Assembly: GCA_029007825.1 (NCBI GenBank)
Contig: JAQXIO010000029.1
Coordinates: 144,481 to 208,480 of the forward strand
Source: Bacteroidales bacterium
GTDB taxonomy: Bacteria; Bacteroidota; Bacteroidia; Bacteroidales; JAQXIO01
DNA: 64,000 nucleotides
Direction: 5' to 3'
Below are positions 19,501-29,309 of the stretch, in pieces. A program made the position numbers and the translations under genes. The stretch's first letter is position 1. Each line of letters starts with the position of its first letter. The notes below the pieces were generated by a model, which saw only the letters and a program-made list of their open reading frames with translations, was not told the DNA's origin and ran no database searches.

Positions 19501-20054
19501 ATTTTCTGGATTTCATGAGAGGTACGGAATCCGTCGAAGAAGTGAACGAAAGGTACGCGTGATTTCAGGGTTGCGAGGTGTGCAACACCTGCCAAATCCA
19601 TAACTTCCTGTACGGATCCGGTAGCAAGCATAGCAAATCCTGTCTGGCGTGCAGCCATAACGTCCTGATGGTCGCCGAAGATAGAGAGGGCATGAGAAGC
19701 CAATGCACGAGCCGAAACATGGAATACGGAGGGGAGTAACTCACCTGCGATTTTGTACATGTTGGGGATCATCAGCAATAAACCCTGAGATGCAGTGAAA
19801 GTAGTCGTGAGGGCACCTGCCTGTAAAGAACCGTGAACGGCACCTGCGGCACCACCTTCCGATTGCATTTCTTCTACTTTTACAGTTTCACCGAAGATAT
19901 TTTTTCTTCCGGCGGCAGCCCATTCATCTACGTATTCGGCCATAGTAGAAGATGGAGTGATGGGGTAGATAGCTGCCACTTCGCTGAACATATAAGCGAT
20001 GTGTGCTGCTGCCTGATTACCATCACAAGTTAAAAACTTCTTTTCTTTCGTCAT
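16503..20054 (-). CDS. nifJ: Pyruvate:ferredoxin (flavodoxin) oxidoreductase
   Basis: 'DGNQAAAHIAY...YPITPSS', two ferredoxin motifs (CIQCNQCAYVCP, CLGCANCVDVCP), 'GGDGWAYDIG' TPP-binding motif; 1183 aa. Confidence 0.98.
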   Translation of the reverse strand: MTKEKKFLTCDGNQAAAHIAYMFSEVAAIYPITPSSTMAEYVDEWAAAGRKNIFGETVKVEEMQSEGGAAGAVHGSLQAGALTTTFTASQGLLLMIPNMYKIAGELLPSVFHVSARALASHALSIFGDHQDVMAARQTGFAMLATGSVQEVMDLAGVAHLATLKSRVPFVHFFDGFRTSHEIQKIEALSNEDLAQFIDQDALADFRKRALNPENPVARGTAQNPDIYFQAREACNPFYDAVPEIVEEYMNKLSTVTGRKYNLFDYYGAADADRVIIAMGSVTEAAREAIDYLTAKGEKVGLVSVHLYRPFSAKHFLAAVPATAKRIAVLDRTKEPGATGEPLYLDVKDCFYGKKDAPVIVGGRYGLSSKDTTPAQILAVYENLAMNMPKNGFTIGIEDDVTFTSLPKKEEISFENGPFEAKFYGLGADGTVGANKNSVKIIGDNTDKYCQAYFSYDSKKSGGFTCSHLRFGDHPIRSTYLVNTPDFVACHVPAYLRLYDVTKGLKKNGTFLLNSIWDAEEVKKHLPNNVKRYLAVNNINFYIINATAIAQEIGLGNRTNTILQSAFFKIANVIPYDLAVEQMKKFIVKSYGKKGEDIVNMNYAAVDRGSDVTKVEVPAEWANLEGEFELPKDNAPEFIQKIVRPINAQTGDDLPVSAFKGREDGTWDQGTAAYEKRGVAAFVPVWNADNCIQCNQCAYVCPHATIRPFVLDETELAKAPANFTTLKATGKQFAGMAFRMQVNVLDCLGCANCVDVCPGNKNGKALKMETLESQLPEQTNWDFCEKEVKSKQHLVDIKANVKNSQFATPLFEFSGACSGCGETPYVKLISQLFGDRQMVANATGCTSIYSGSAPSTPYTKNEKGHGPAWANSLFEDNAEYGLGMRLAVNKMRDRLVRYMTEAQSCDCCTDEMKALFNEWIEKREDTDASIELAEKIKPLVAACNCEPCKQINALSQYLVKKSQWIIGGDGWAYDIGFGGLDHVLASGENVNVLVVDTEVYSNTGGQSSKSTPIGAIAKFAAAGKRVRKKDLGLIATTYGYVYVAQIAMGANQAQTLKAIREAEAYNGPSLVIAYAPCINHGLKNGMGKAQSEEAAAVECGYWHLWRYNPELEAEGKNPFQLDSKEPQWDKFQDFLKGEVRYASLLKQYPAEANELFAAAQKNAQWRYNSYKRLSAANWGAEIAE

Positions 20055-20087
20055 AGGTATTAACTATTAAGTGATTGATGTGTATTG

Positions 20088-21263
20088 TTAATATAAAAAT
20101 CCGAACAGCCACAGAGGGATGATGTTTTCTTCGCCGACTTCCATTTTTTCTACTGCATAATAGTGTTCGGGCAGCAGTTTGGATTTCACGGATTCGTCAA
20201 TATGGAAGAGCATTTTTCCGTTTACCAGAAAATCAGCCTTTGGGGTACTGTTCAGTGTATTGTCTTTAAAAAGTTGATTATAGAAAAACGTTTCCCTTAC
20301 GATTTGTGCATTGACCTGCATCGGACTGATGGGGAAGAGCAGGTTGGAATTCTGCATATACACTTTCGCGGGTTTTTTTGGAAATTCTTCTCCGTATGGA
20401 TAGAGGAGATTGATCAGCCGTCCGTCTTTCATGTATTTCATATAGTTCATTACCGTTGCCCTCGATGTTTCTATCTCTTTGCTCAGCTGGCTTACGTTAG
20501 GGGATCCCGGAGTGCTGCTGTATAAGAGATAGAGCAGCTTTTTCAACTTGGGCAGATAGCTTTGCTCTATTTGCTTGATAGATAGTATATCTACTTCAAG
20601 GATCATGTTCATCGTTTTGAGCAGGTTTTCCGAGAAATTACGTTTTTCCAGAAAAAACGGATAGAATCCGTGATGAAGGTAATCCTGAAAATAGGCAAGG
20701 GGTTTTATTTTTGAAACGATGGAGGCCGCGATTTCCGTATGGTTCTCAAGTAACTCACTGAGGGTGAACGACGGAAAGTCGGTTTTTGCCATCAGATTCA
20801 GAAATTCGCGGAATGAGTATCCTCTGAGATTGTATGACTGTACTTTTCCCGACAGGTCGGGGTTTTCCTCTTTCAAACGCATTACTGCCGAACCTGTGAA
20901 GACAACTTTCAGTTCGGGGAAGCGATCGTAACACTCTTTCAGTTCTTCCGACCAGTTAGGGTATTTGAAGACCTGATCTAACAGAAGCACTTTCCCGCCT
21001 TTTAACTGGAAATCATAGGCAAAATCGACAATGCGGCATGCGGTAAAATAGAATTGATTGAGGTTGATATAGAGGCACTCGCGGTTATCGGGGCCGAAAC
21101 GGTCTTTTGCATATTGCAGCAGAAAGGTCGTTTTTCCTACGCCACGCGTACCTTTGATTCCGATCAGGCGGTCGTCCCAATCGATCTCGTCCATAAGCTC
21201 TCTCCGTACGGGAGATTGTACATGGTTCAGCAGGTAATTATGTGTTCTGTAAAAAGATTCCAC
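20088..21263 (-). CDS. AAA+ ATPase (AAA_14/DUF4143-type)
   Basis: Walker A 'GTRGVGKTT', 'LLLDQVF', 'FTGS'; likely GTG start at 21263 (MESFYRTH), since the track's longer start overlaps a TATCTTTG promoter at 21283-21290. Confidence 0.85.
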   Translation of the reverse strand: MESFYRTHNYLLNHVQSPVRRELMDEIDWDDRLIGIKGTRGVGKTTFLLQYAKDRFGPDNRECLYINLNQFYFTACRIVDFAYDFQLKGGKVLLLDQVFKYPNWSEELKECYDRFPELKVVFTGSAVMRLKEENPDLSGKVQSYNLRGYSFREFLNLMAKTDFPSFTLSELLENHTEIAASIVSKIKPLAYFQDYLHHGFYPFFLEKRNFSENLLKTMNMILEVDILSIKQIEQSYLPKLKKLLYLLYSSTPGSPNVSQLSKEIETSRATVMNYMKYMKDGRLINLLYPYGEEFPKKPAKVYMQNSNLLFPISPMQVNAQIVRETFFYNQLFKDNTLNSTPKADFLVNGKMLFHIDESVKSKLLPEHYYAVEKMEVGEENIIPLWLFGFLY

Positions 21264-21622
21264 TGCAATTTTATTATCAGTGCAAAGATAGCTCTTTTTT
21301 TTATGATTGCAAAGCAGAGATAGCAATTTTAAACTAAGATTGTAAATTCTGAAATTTGCATTTTCGGATTGCCCGGAGATTGTTTTTCAGGGATTTCCTC
21401 TCTTGTTTTTTATTTTTTCATGGTAATGACATTTTCCGGATTTTTCTTATTGTTTTTCCGGAAAAGCGGTTATGCGTGTTTATGTTGTTTTTTTATTCTT
21501 CCGGTTTATGTGATTCTATTCTTTTTTTGTCTGTTCTAACCTGTTTTGTATCAGTGAAAAGAAATAATGATTGCCTGTTTTCCCTCTGAAAATCCGAACG
21601 GTACTTTTTAGGTTGGGTTCGG

Positions 21623-21648
21623 TTTGTAAAAATAAAGTATTAACTTTG
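21623..21648 (+). promoter_or_regulatory. Bacteroidetes promoter upstream of the cobalamin riboswitch
   Basis: TAACTTTG at 21641-21648 with a TTTG at 21623-21626. Confidence 0.6.
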
Positions 21649-21654
21649 CAGCGT

Positions 21655-21823
21655 TTTTGGTTCCGGAACAATTTTAGACGATTGTTGCGGATAAAAGGGA
21701 ATACCGTGTGATCCGGTAACAGTACCCGCTGCTGTGATTCTCGAAGAATTCAGGCATTTATGTCACTGCAAGCCCAGCTTGCGGGAAGGCGTCCTGAAGG
21801 AGAGATAAGTCAGAAGACCTGCC
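21655..21823 (+). promoter_or_regulatory. Cobalamin (B12) riboswitch
   Basis: Conserved blocks in the correct order: AAAAGGGAAT-ACCGTGTGATCCGGT-AACAGTACCCGCTGCTGTGA ... GTCACTG ... GGGAAGG ... AAGTCAGAAGACCTGCC (B12 box), in the 5' leader of the 2330-aa gene. Boundaries approximate. Confidence 0.92.
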
Positions 21824-22006
21824 AGTAAACATCGTGAATATCTTATGCTTTCGGGAGTTAAAGCGGGGTATGATAGGACATCTGTGCGCTTAATTTTTTA
21901 ATCTGCCCGGAAGTTGTCTATTCTACTTCTACCTTCATTATTTCCCTTTTTGCTTGGAGATATTCAGTGATCGGATATTTAGCGTGTGTTACTAATATTT
22001 TGATTA

Positions 22007-25000
22007 TTGTTTATTATGAAAAGGATTTTTACATTCTTGATTGCCCTGCAGCTGATGGCTGTTTTCAGCTTTTTTGCAGGGACAAACAGTGTCCGGGCAG
22101 TGGGCGAGGAGTACAATATGCCTAAGAAAGACGGGCATAGCGGAACCAAAGAGGTAGATGGCTATCTTACATTTTACGATATGGGAGGTCCTACGGGTGA
22201 TGCGCCCAGGGATTATACCGGGGCAATCTGTTTTGTCCCGAAAAATGCCGGTGAGCAAATCGAGATTTCTTTTGAAACATTCGACCTGACAAAAGCTGCC
22301 GATGCAAAGGTGTATATATACGACGGAGAGATCGAGTATCCGAAGTATAATGCGCCGATACCGGAAAATCCCGTAGCTGTTTTATCGAATAACGATGGTG
22401 GCTCACCTATCCGTTCGACTACAGGCAAATTGTCCGTGCTTTATTATTATAAGTCGGCGAGTTATTCGGATCCGGCAGCAGGAGCGGGATGGAAAGCGAC
22501 AGTAAAGAGTTTGGTGCCGTCCGATATGTCTTATCTGGGCATTTCGGGAGCGCAAAGCGGCATAATTTCTGCTTATCCGGGTAAGAAAAACCAGACAATC
22601 TTGTCTGTGAACATACAAGCTCACGGAAGCTATAATCCTCTATCAATTACGTCATTAACTTTTGATCTTACAGGAACGACATCTTTGTCGGACCTGAGCA
22701 ATGTACGTGTTTATTATACCGGAGCCAATAGTTCATTCAGTGCATCGGTACTTTTTGGAGAAGCAATTGTTACGCCGGTACAAAGTATAACGTTGCCGGG
22801 AACCCAGGAACTGAGCTCGGGCGACAATTATTTCTGGCTTGTGGCGGACGTGAATGCTGACGCAACGCCAAATCATAAAATAGATGCGGCTTGTTCCTCT
22901 GCTGTTATAGGAGGAGAGGAGAAGGTCACAACTCCTTTATCTCCGGAAGGGGATATCAATATCGATAACATGGTACTGATGCCTTCTGTAGCTACGACTT
23001 ACAATGTGGGATCGGAGCCTATTTCGTTTTATGACGATGGCGGAAAAGAGGGGAATATTACCCAGAACTTTACGGGGAAAGTGACATTTAAACCTGCTAC
23101 GCCAGGGAAAAAGGTTCAGATTACGTTCAATGCTCTGAATTTATTTAATACCTCATCGACCGGTCTCAATGATGTTCTGAAAATTTATAACGGGATTGCT
23201 GTGGATGAAGCGCAGTTGAACCGTACGTTGCTGAAAGAGGCTACTCCCCTAACGATTAAATCTACTTCTGCCGACGGAGCCTTGACGATTACGCTGAAAA
23301 GTGTCGCCGGATATCCGAAAGCGGGTTTTGAAGCTGTCGTAGAGGAATTCGAGCCACAGGCTATGACGGTTAAAGAGATTGTAACGGCGCAAAGTGTTAC
23401 CGGTACGGTAGCCGCGGGGGATGAATTGCAGCCGATTCTTTCTTTAAATATCGCTACGGAGAATACGGAGCCAGCGCTTACCGCACAGAAGTTTACCTTT
23501 ACCACGGAAGGAACTACGAATGTATCCGATCTTACGAAAGCAACTCTGTATTATACCGGGCGTAATGCTTCCTTTACCGATACGGTGAGAGTAGGAGAGA
23601 CTGTTCTCAATAATTCCGCAACGTTCAGTATTACTTGTTCGCGCGAGCTGGCGTACGGTGATAATTATTTCTGGCTGACTTATGACCTGGCGACTACAGC
23701 AACTACGGGAAGTGTAGTGGATGCCGGATGCAGTGTAACGGAGATTTCGAGTGTTCAGCATAATATCGCTACGGTGAATCCCGAAGGAAACCGTGCAATA
23801 AAGAATGAATATGTTTCGAAAGTCGGGACTTATGAAAGAACGGTTTCCGGTGTATGGAGTTATACGCATCAGCCCCGCAGCTATGGTGCGGGATATGAGC
23901 CTGTTATTGGCGATCAGATCGTTACATTTGTTCCTGCAACCTCAGGCAATATTATCGAACTGGATTTTTCATCTTTCAGCGTTTATTATGCTTCCAGTTC
24001 CTATAGTACCCGTGCGACGTTCAAAGTTTATAGCGGCAGGGAGCAAAAGTCCGATAACCTGTTATGGGAGCTGAGCAGTAACGAGGATCAGGAGAAGGGC
24101 CCCGGAAAGATTCTGCGTTCGGCTGCGGCGGACGGATCCCTTACGATCGTATTCAATGCAAATACGACTTATTCATCGTATGTGGGGAAAGGATGGCAGG
24201 CTGAGGTCAGGGAATATAAATCGCGACCGACGCAGGTGGATCAGGTTGTTGCTTTTCAGGATAATGCCAAGATTCTAAAACCCGGGAGCAAGGATCAGGA
24301 TATTATAGGATTCGTGGTGAGTACAGGAGGAGACCTGAGCCCGTTAACTCTTACGGATGTCGTTCTTAATCTGAAAGGAAGCGAGACTTCGATAGACAGA
24401 GTTTCCATTTATTATACGGGAAAAGATTCAGCTTTCTCTTCTTCCGACTTATGGGGTGAAACATCGGAACCAGCGACTTCCGTTACTTTAAAGGGGAACG
24501 TTGTATTGCCCGAAGGAAAATCGTATTTCTGGGTAGCTTACGATATGAAATCTATGGTCGAAAGCGATGTCGCGATCGATGCGGCCCTGACTTCCTTACA
24601 GATAGGAGGAACTAAGGTTGTGCCTGTTACCGGAGACCCGGAAGGTGTGCGTGTGACGAAAAATATTATAGAGCTGCAATCGGGTGATAACGGGGTCGTG
24701 ACAATCGATAAGCCGATTCTGTTTTATGACGACGGAGGCTCGGAAGGTAAATTCAGTCTTGGCTTTAACGGGAATATAACGTTTGCTCCGGCTCGTGAAG
24801 GTGAAAAAATAAAAATTATATTCAATTCGTTTTCGGTAGGGACGACCTCTAATTATCCGATGACGATTTATAACGGAGCGGCGATAGACGAGGATAGCCT
24901 TAACGTGAAGGTTTATGGATCGACATTGCCGAAACCTGTCGTTTCTACGGCATCGGATGGAAAGCTGACAGTTCATTTCAAGTCGTCTACTTTGACTTAT

Positions 25001-28000
25001 CAGCAAAAAGACGGCTGGGAGGCCCAGGTTCTCTCTTATGTTCCCCAGTCGTTGAAGGTGACGGAGGTAACCGATTCGGTTGTTGCTCCGGCAGAGGTGC
25101 TCCGTGGGGCCGGTGAACGTGCTATGGTACGTGTAGCCGTTAAGGTTGAGGGCGATAAAGACCGGGCAAAGGTGGAAAAGATCTCATTTACGGCACCGGA
25201 TATGGATAATGTTGCCGATATAAAGAGCGCTACCGTTTATTACACCGGGACTTTTGATGTTTTTGCTGCTAATGAGCAATTCGGTGAAAGCCGGACTTCA
25301 TCGCCGTTCGTTTTCGAAGGAGAGAAATATCTGACGGAGGCCGGTACTTATTATTTCTGGCTTGCTTATGAGATTGCCGGTACTGCCGTGGCAGGAAATA
25401 AAATTACTGCACAGGCAGAATCGTGCACAGCGGACGGTACGGCTTTTTCCCTTCCTTCTGCGGAAAAAGGTGAAAGCACGGTTAAGAGGGGTTTCAGCGG
25501 TACATATACCGTCGGAACTTCGGGAAGTGCCGATTATGAAGATATAGCTTCTGCTGTGGCGGCAATGGAAGGCGGTATCGACGGTCCGGTGGTATTGCAA
25601 CTCGAAAGCGGAGACTATGAAGGAAAATTCCTTATTCCTCATATCGAAGGAGCCTCGGCTGAAAATACCATTACTATCCGTTCAAAAAGCGGAAATGCCG
25701 AAGATGTGAAGATTTTCCATAACAGGTATGTGAAACCGGACTATGGCGTTGAAGATAACGGTATATTTACCGTTTACGGAACGGATTATCTTACAATCGA
25801 AGGGATTACGTTCTCAACGGAGGATCTTACTTACCGGTCGGTATTGAACGTGAAGAAGGTCAGCCGTCATGTGACGATCCGTAATTGCCGTTTTACCGCT
25901 CCTTTAGTGACAGATTATACTTACGGGCAATCCGTAAAATTCATTTATATGGAATCGGCGAGTGAAGCGAATCAAAACAGTGATTTTATTACAATCGAAA
26001 ATAATACTTTCGAAGGCGGTTATTTAGCGATCGATGCCGGCGGAACAGGGACGGTGAATCCGGTTTCACTTCCGAAAGAGAAAGGTGCACGTATTATAAA
26101 TAATTCGTTTAAGAACCAGGGTTCCAAATCTATTTATGTGCGTGACGAGATCGACCTTGTTATAGAGGGCAATACGATCTTTAACGATTATACTCAGGCA
26201 AATACCTTCGATGCTATAGATCTTGCCCGTTGTTACGATAATCTGCGTATCTGCAACAACCGGATTACGCTGGCTGCACAATCCAACTGTACGGCAATCG
26301 AATGCCGTCCGATGCTCGGAACGCCCGATGCACCAGCTTATATCTATAATAATGAGATCAATTTTACTTCTACTTACGGAGAGGCTTATGCCTTGATGTT
26401 TTCGGAAGGTATGACTGTGTTCGGATGTACCGATATTGTTGTGGCACATAATACGATACGTATGGCGGGAAGTGCGCCGACCTCGGCAGTTGTATTTTTT
26501 GAAGATGCATCCAGCGGTGTGCAGGTTATCAATAATTTATTCCAGAATGAGGCCGGCGGTTTTATTTACCGTTTGAACAGTGCCAATTATACGAAGGGGC
26601 TTACCTTCGGGAATAATGCTCTTTCCATTGCCGAGAATGCGGTATTTGCTTATGCAGGCGCTGATGTTGCCGATCTTGCAGCCTGGAGGGCTATCGCTGT
26701 CGATGAGAACAGCATTATGGAAAAAGCCGATTTTTATTCGGATGAAAATCTGGATTTGAAATCTGCCGGAAATCTGAATATGGGTCAGCCTCTCGATTTT
26801 GCGGCTACCGATATCAATGGTTCGGAAAGAAGTAAACAGAAGCCGACGGTCGGGGCATATGAGTACCAGATTCCGACGGAAGAGCGGCCTGCGATGTCGG
26901 ATGGCTATCCGACTGTTGCGCGTGTAACTTATAACAGTATAGAGTGGAAAGTTAAGGCCAATCAGTCTGGAAAAGTATTCTTCCTTGCCCAAAAAAGCGG
27001 AGAAGAGGTTCCATCCATGGCCGATGTAATGGCTGCAGACAGCGCCGATATTATAAAGGATAAGGAGATGTCTGTTTCTGCGAAAGATCTGGATAGCAGA
27101 AATTCTTATAAGGGTTATTTCGTGTTGCGGAATAATGTCGGTATCGAATCCCTGTTGATCGAAGGTCCGGAATCAGAGACGGATTATCGTCCAACCGCAG
27201 TATCTACATTTGAAGATGTAGCCGAAGGCAACGCTTCGTTCGAGGACGGAACAGCCGCATTCGAAGGATTTACGGTAGAGGCTGTAACCGATGGTATAGA
27301 GGGTAGTACGAAGGCTGCTAAAATATCAGACGAAAAAGGTGTAATCACACTTACCAATACGGCTGAGGGCTTAACGGTGAACGGATTTTATCTGTTATCG
27401 GATGCTTCGCTCGAGATAAAGGCGTTCAAACAATCGGAAGAGAATAGTAAGACGGTAGAGCCGACGGACGGAGAGTGGATTTTCTGTAACCTGAGAGATA
27501 TGCAGGCTCTTACTAAAATCGAATTATCTTCGACAGGAAATGTCTGGATCGATAATTTCAGCGGAACGCCTCAGGAGCTTACGCTTTCATTGAAAGATAC
27601 GACGGTTAACCAGGGAGTATCCGTTACGATAGAACCAGAGGTAGAGGGCGGTGTCGTTCCTTATACCTATGAATGGAAAAATGAGAAACAGGAGGTTGTT
27701 TCGACAGAACGTTCGTTTACGTTGCAACCGGAATGTGCAGGTGAATATACGCTGACTGTGACAGACGGATGGAAGAACGCAAACAAGGGTGCTGCCGTGA
27801 TTACGGTATTGGGCGAAGCCGTAACCGCTACGTTCGAGAACTTGTATCTTGCTCCGGAATCTTACTGGCAGGGTAACGAGTATAGCCCGACTTATACTTC
27901 CAAATTTTACAGCGGTTCTTATTCCTTTACAAATTCGTATGTGAAGGAGATGCGTACGTGGGGTGGTTTTGCTTATTCGAATGAAACGTCAACCGATTTC

Positions 28001-28999
28001 GATGCTTCACAATATCTTACCCAGCAATTCCGTTCGGCTGCAGGAGGCGGTGTGGACGGCTCGGAAAATTATGCGGTAGTTTATACTACCGGCGATCCTA
28101 CTACCGTGAGTGTATTGAATAATCCGGAGGGTGATTCGATACGGGGCGTATATGTTACGAACTCGGCCTGGGTAAAGGACGCAACGGATAACGGAGATAA
28201 TATGACCGATGGAGCATTTGCCCAGGGTGACTGGTTTAAGCTGACTGCAGAGGGAACCGATAATGCCGGTAGAAAACATTCGGCTGAATTCTATTTGGCC
28301 GATTTCCGTTCGACGGATGCGGGCGAGCATTATTCTCTTTCTACGTGGGAGTGGTTCGACCTGAGTCCGTTAGGAAAGGTGAAGAGTGTCCGGTTTAAAC
28401 TGAGCGGTTCCCGTAGCGATGATTACGGAATGACGACACCGGCTTATTTCTGTATGGATAATTTCAACGGAGTTATTACAGAGAACAAAGCCGATACGGT
28501 AGAGGCAAACCTGGAAAGTGCTGTTGCCGTTCAGCTGAATTTGCTTACCTCTTTCGATGTGGCAGACGGAACGATCCGTTATGCGATCGAAGAGGAGGCT
28601 GACCATACGATTGCAAATGCCCGGATCGATCAGAACGAGCTTCGTGTTTCCGGTTCGGGTCTGGGTGAGACTTCATTGTTAATCAGTGCCGTTCAGCGGG
28701 GACGTAAAGAGTTTATCCGCGTGCCCGTGAACGTGAAGGATTATTCCGGTATTGATTCTCCGGAATACGGAAATGTACAAGTTTATCCTGTTCCTGCATA
28801 CGATGTATTGAATGTGAAGAGTCCTTTCGAATCTTATTCGATCGAAATTCTTTCTATGAGCGGCCAGCAGGTACAGGCTCAGGAAGGAAATTCTTCTCAT
28901 GCGGTACTGGATGTGAGCGGACTGGAGCCCGGTACTTATTTTATACGATTAAATAATGGTGAGAATGTTGTAACCAAACGGTTTACAAAGATCCGATAA
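22007..28999 (+). CDS. Giant T9SS type A-sorted protein: 4x(CUB-like + BNR-N-like) modules, right-handed beta-helix, Ig/PKD-like modules, DUF4465 domain, CTD
   Basis: Signal peptide; repeated 'FYDDGG..G.....F.G..TF.P...G.K..I.F..F' and 'VYYTG....F.......G...NYFWL.YD' units; beta-helix ending 'PTVGAYE'; DUF4465-like 'WGGFAYSN...YVTNSAW...GDWFKLT...EFYLADFR...WEWFDLSPLG...TPAYFCMDN'; CTD 'VYPVPAYDVL...RFTKIR'. Confidence 0.85.
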   Translation: MFIMKRIFTFLIALQLMAVFSFFAGTNSVRAVGEEYNMPKKDGHSGTKEVDGYLTFYDMGGPTGDAPRDYTGAICFVPKNAGEQIEISFETFDLTKAADAKVYIYDGEIEYPKYNAPIPENPVAVLSNNDGGSPIRSTTGKLSVLYYYKSASYSDPAAGAGWKATVKSLVPSDMSYLGISGAQSGIISAYPGKKNQTILSVNIQAHGSYNPLSITSLTFDLTGTTSLSDLSNVRVYYTGANSSFSASVLFGEAIVTPVQSITLPGTQELSSGDNYFWLVADVNADATPNHKIDAACSSAVIGGEEKVTTPLSPEGDINIDNMVLMPSVATTYNVGSEPISFYDDGGKEGNITQNFTGKVTFKPATPGKKVQITFNALNLFNTSSTGLNDVLKIYNGIAVDEAQLNRTLLKEATPLTIKSTSADGALTITLKSVAGYPKAGFEAVVEEFEPQAMTVKEIVTAQSVTGTVAAGDELQPILSLNIATENTEPALTAQKFTFTTEGTTNVSDLTKATLYYTGRNASFTDTVRVGETVLNNSATFSITCSRELAYGDNYFWLTYDLATTATTGSVVDAGCSVTEISSVQHNIATVNPEGNRAIKNEYVSKVGTYERTVSGVWSYTHQPRSYGAGYEPVIGDQIVTFVPATSGNIIELDFSSFSVYYASSSYSTRATFKVYSGREQKSDNLLWELSSNEDQEKGPGKILRSAAADGSLTIVFNANTTYSSYVGKGWQAEVREYKSRPTQVDQVVAFQDNAKILKPGSKDQDIIGFVVSTGGDLSPLTLTDVVLNLKGSETSIDRVSIYYTGKDSAFSSSDLWGETSEPATSVTLKGNVVLPEGKSYFWVAYDMKSMVESDVAIDAALTSLQIGGTKVVPVTGDPEGVRVTKNIIELQSGDNGVVTIDKPILFYDDGGSEGKFSLGFNGNITFAPAREGEKIKIIFNSFSVGTTSNYPMTIYNGAAIDEDSLNVKVYGSTLPKPVVSTASDGKLTVHFKSSTLTYQQKDGWEAQVLSYVPQSLKVTEVTDSVVAPAEVLRGAGERAMVRVAVKVEGDKDRAKVEKISFTAPDMDNVADIKSATVYYTGTFDVFAANEQFGESRTSSPFVFEGEKYLTEAGTYYFWLAYEIAGTAVAGNKITAQAESCTADGTAFSLPSAEKGESTVKRGFSGTYTVGTSGSADYEDIASAVAAMEGGIDGPVVLQLESGDYEGKFLIPHIEGASAENTITIRSKSGNAEDVKIFHNRYVKPDYGVEDNGIFTVYGTDYLTIEGITFSTEDLTYRSVLNVKKVSRHVTIRNCRFTAPLVTDYTYGQSVKFIYMESASEANQNSDFITIENNTFEGGYLAIDAGGTGTVNPVSLPKEKGARIINNSFKNQGSKSIYVRDEIDLVIEGNTIFNDYTQANTFDAIDLARCYDNLRICNNRITLAAQSNCTAIECRPMLGTPDAPAYIYNNEINFTSTYGEAYALMFSEGMTVFGCTDIVVAHNTIRMAGSAPTSAVVFFEDASSGVQVINNLFQNEAGGFIYRLNSANYTKGLTFGNNALSIAENAVFAYAGADVADLAAWRAIAVDENSIMEKADFYSDENLDLKSAGNLNMGQPLDFAATDINGSERSKQKPTVGAYEYQIPTEERPAMSDGYPTVARVTYNSIEWKVKANQSGKVFFLAQKSGEEVPSMADVMAADSADIIKDKEMSVSAKDLDSRNSYKGYFVLRNNVGIESLLIEGPESETDYRPTAVSTFEDVAEGNASFEDGTAAFEGFTVEAVTDGIEGSTKAAKISDEKGVITLTNTAEGLTVNGFYLLSDASLEIKAFKQSEENSKTVEPTDGEWIFCNLRDMQALTKIELSSTGNVWIDNFSGTPQELTLSLKDTTVNQGVSVTIEPEVEGGVVPYTYEWKNEKQEVVSTERSFTLQPECAGEYTLTVTDGWKNANKGAAVITVLGEAVTATFENLYLAPESYWQGNEYSPTYTSKFYSGSYSFTNSYVKEMRTWGGFAYSNETSTDFDASQYLTQQFRSAAGGGVDGSENYAVVYTTGDPTTVSVLNNPEGDSIRGVYVTNSAWVKDATDNGDNMTDGAFAQGDWFKLTAEGTDNAGRKHSAEFYLADFRSTDAGEHYSLSTWEWFDLSPLGKVKSVRFKLSGSRSDDYGMTTPAYFCMDNFNGVITENKADTVEANLESAVAVQLNLLTSFDVADGTIRYAIEEEADHTIANARIDQNELRVSGSGLGETSLLISAVQRGRKEFIRVPVNVKDYSGIDSPEYGNVQVYPVPAYDVLNVKSPFESYSIEILSMSGQQVQAQEGNSSHAVLDVSGLEPGTYFIRLNNGENVVTKRFTKIR

Positions 29000-29025
29000 G
29001 CGCGTAGCATCGCTTTCTTAATTTG

Positions 29026-29064
29026 CAGGGGGATATTTCAAATGATTTATCCTCCTGTTTTTTA
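29026..29064 (+). terminator. Rho-independent terminator after the B12-regulated gene
   Basis: cagggggata...tatcctcctg 10-bp stem followed by a T run. Confidence 0.75.
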
Positions 29065-29309
29065 TGTCCTTTCCAAGAACCGGAATAAGCCGGATGAATT
29101 ATGTAGGATATTGGGTTGAGGCTGGAGTTTGTATGGATTTGTCTGTGTAAAACAGGAAGAAGAGACAGATTTAACAGGATTAGTGTCTGCGTGCCATGGA
29201 AAGTGCGGCATTTTACTTTTGTAAGGTTTTGCTGTCGCCGTCTTTTATTTCTGTTTTTATATAAATGAAAACGGAAGCAGTGTTACGGTAGATTTTTATC
29301 CGTTTAATC

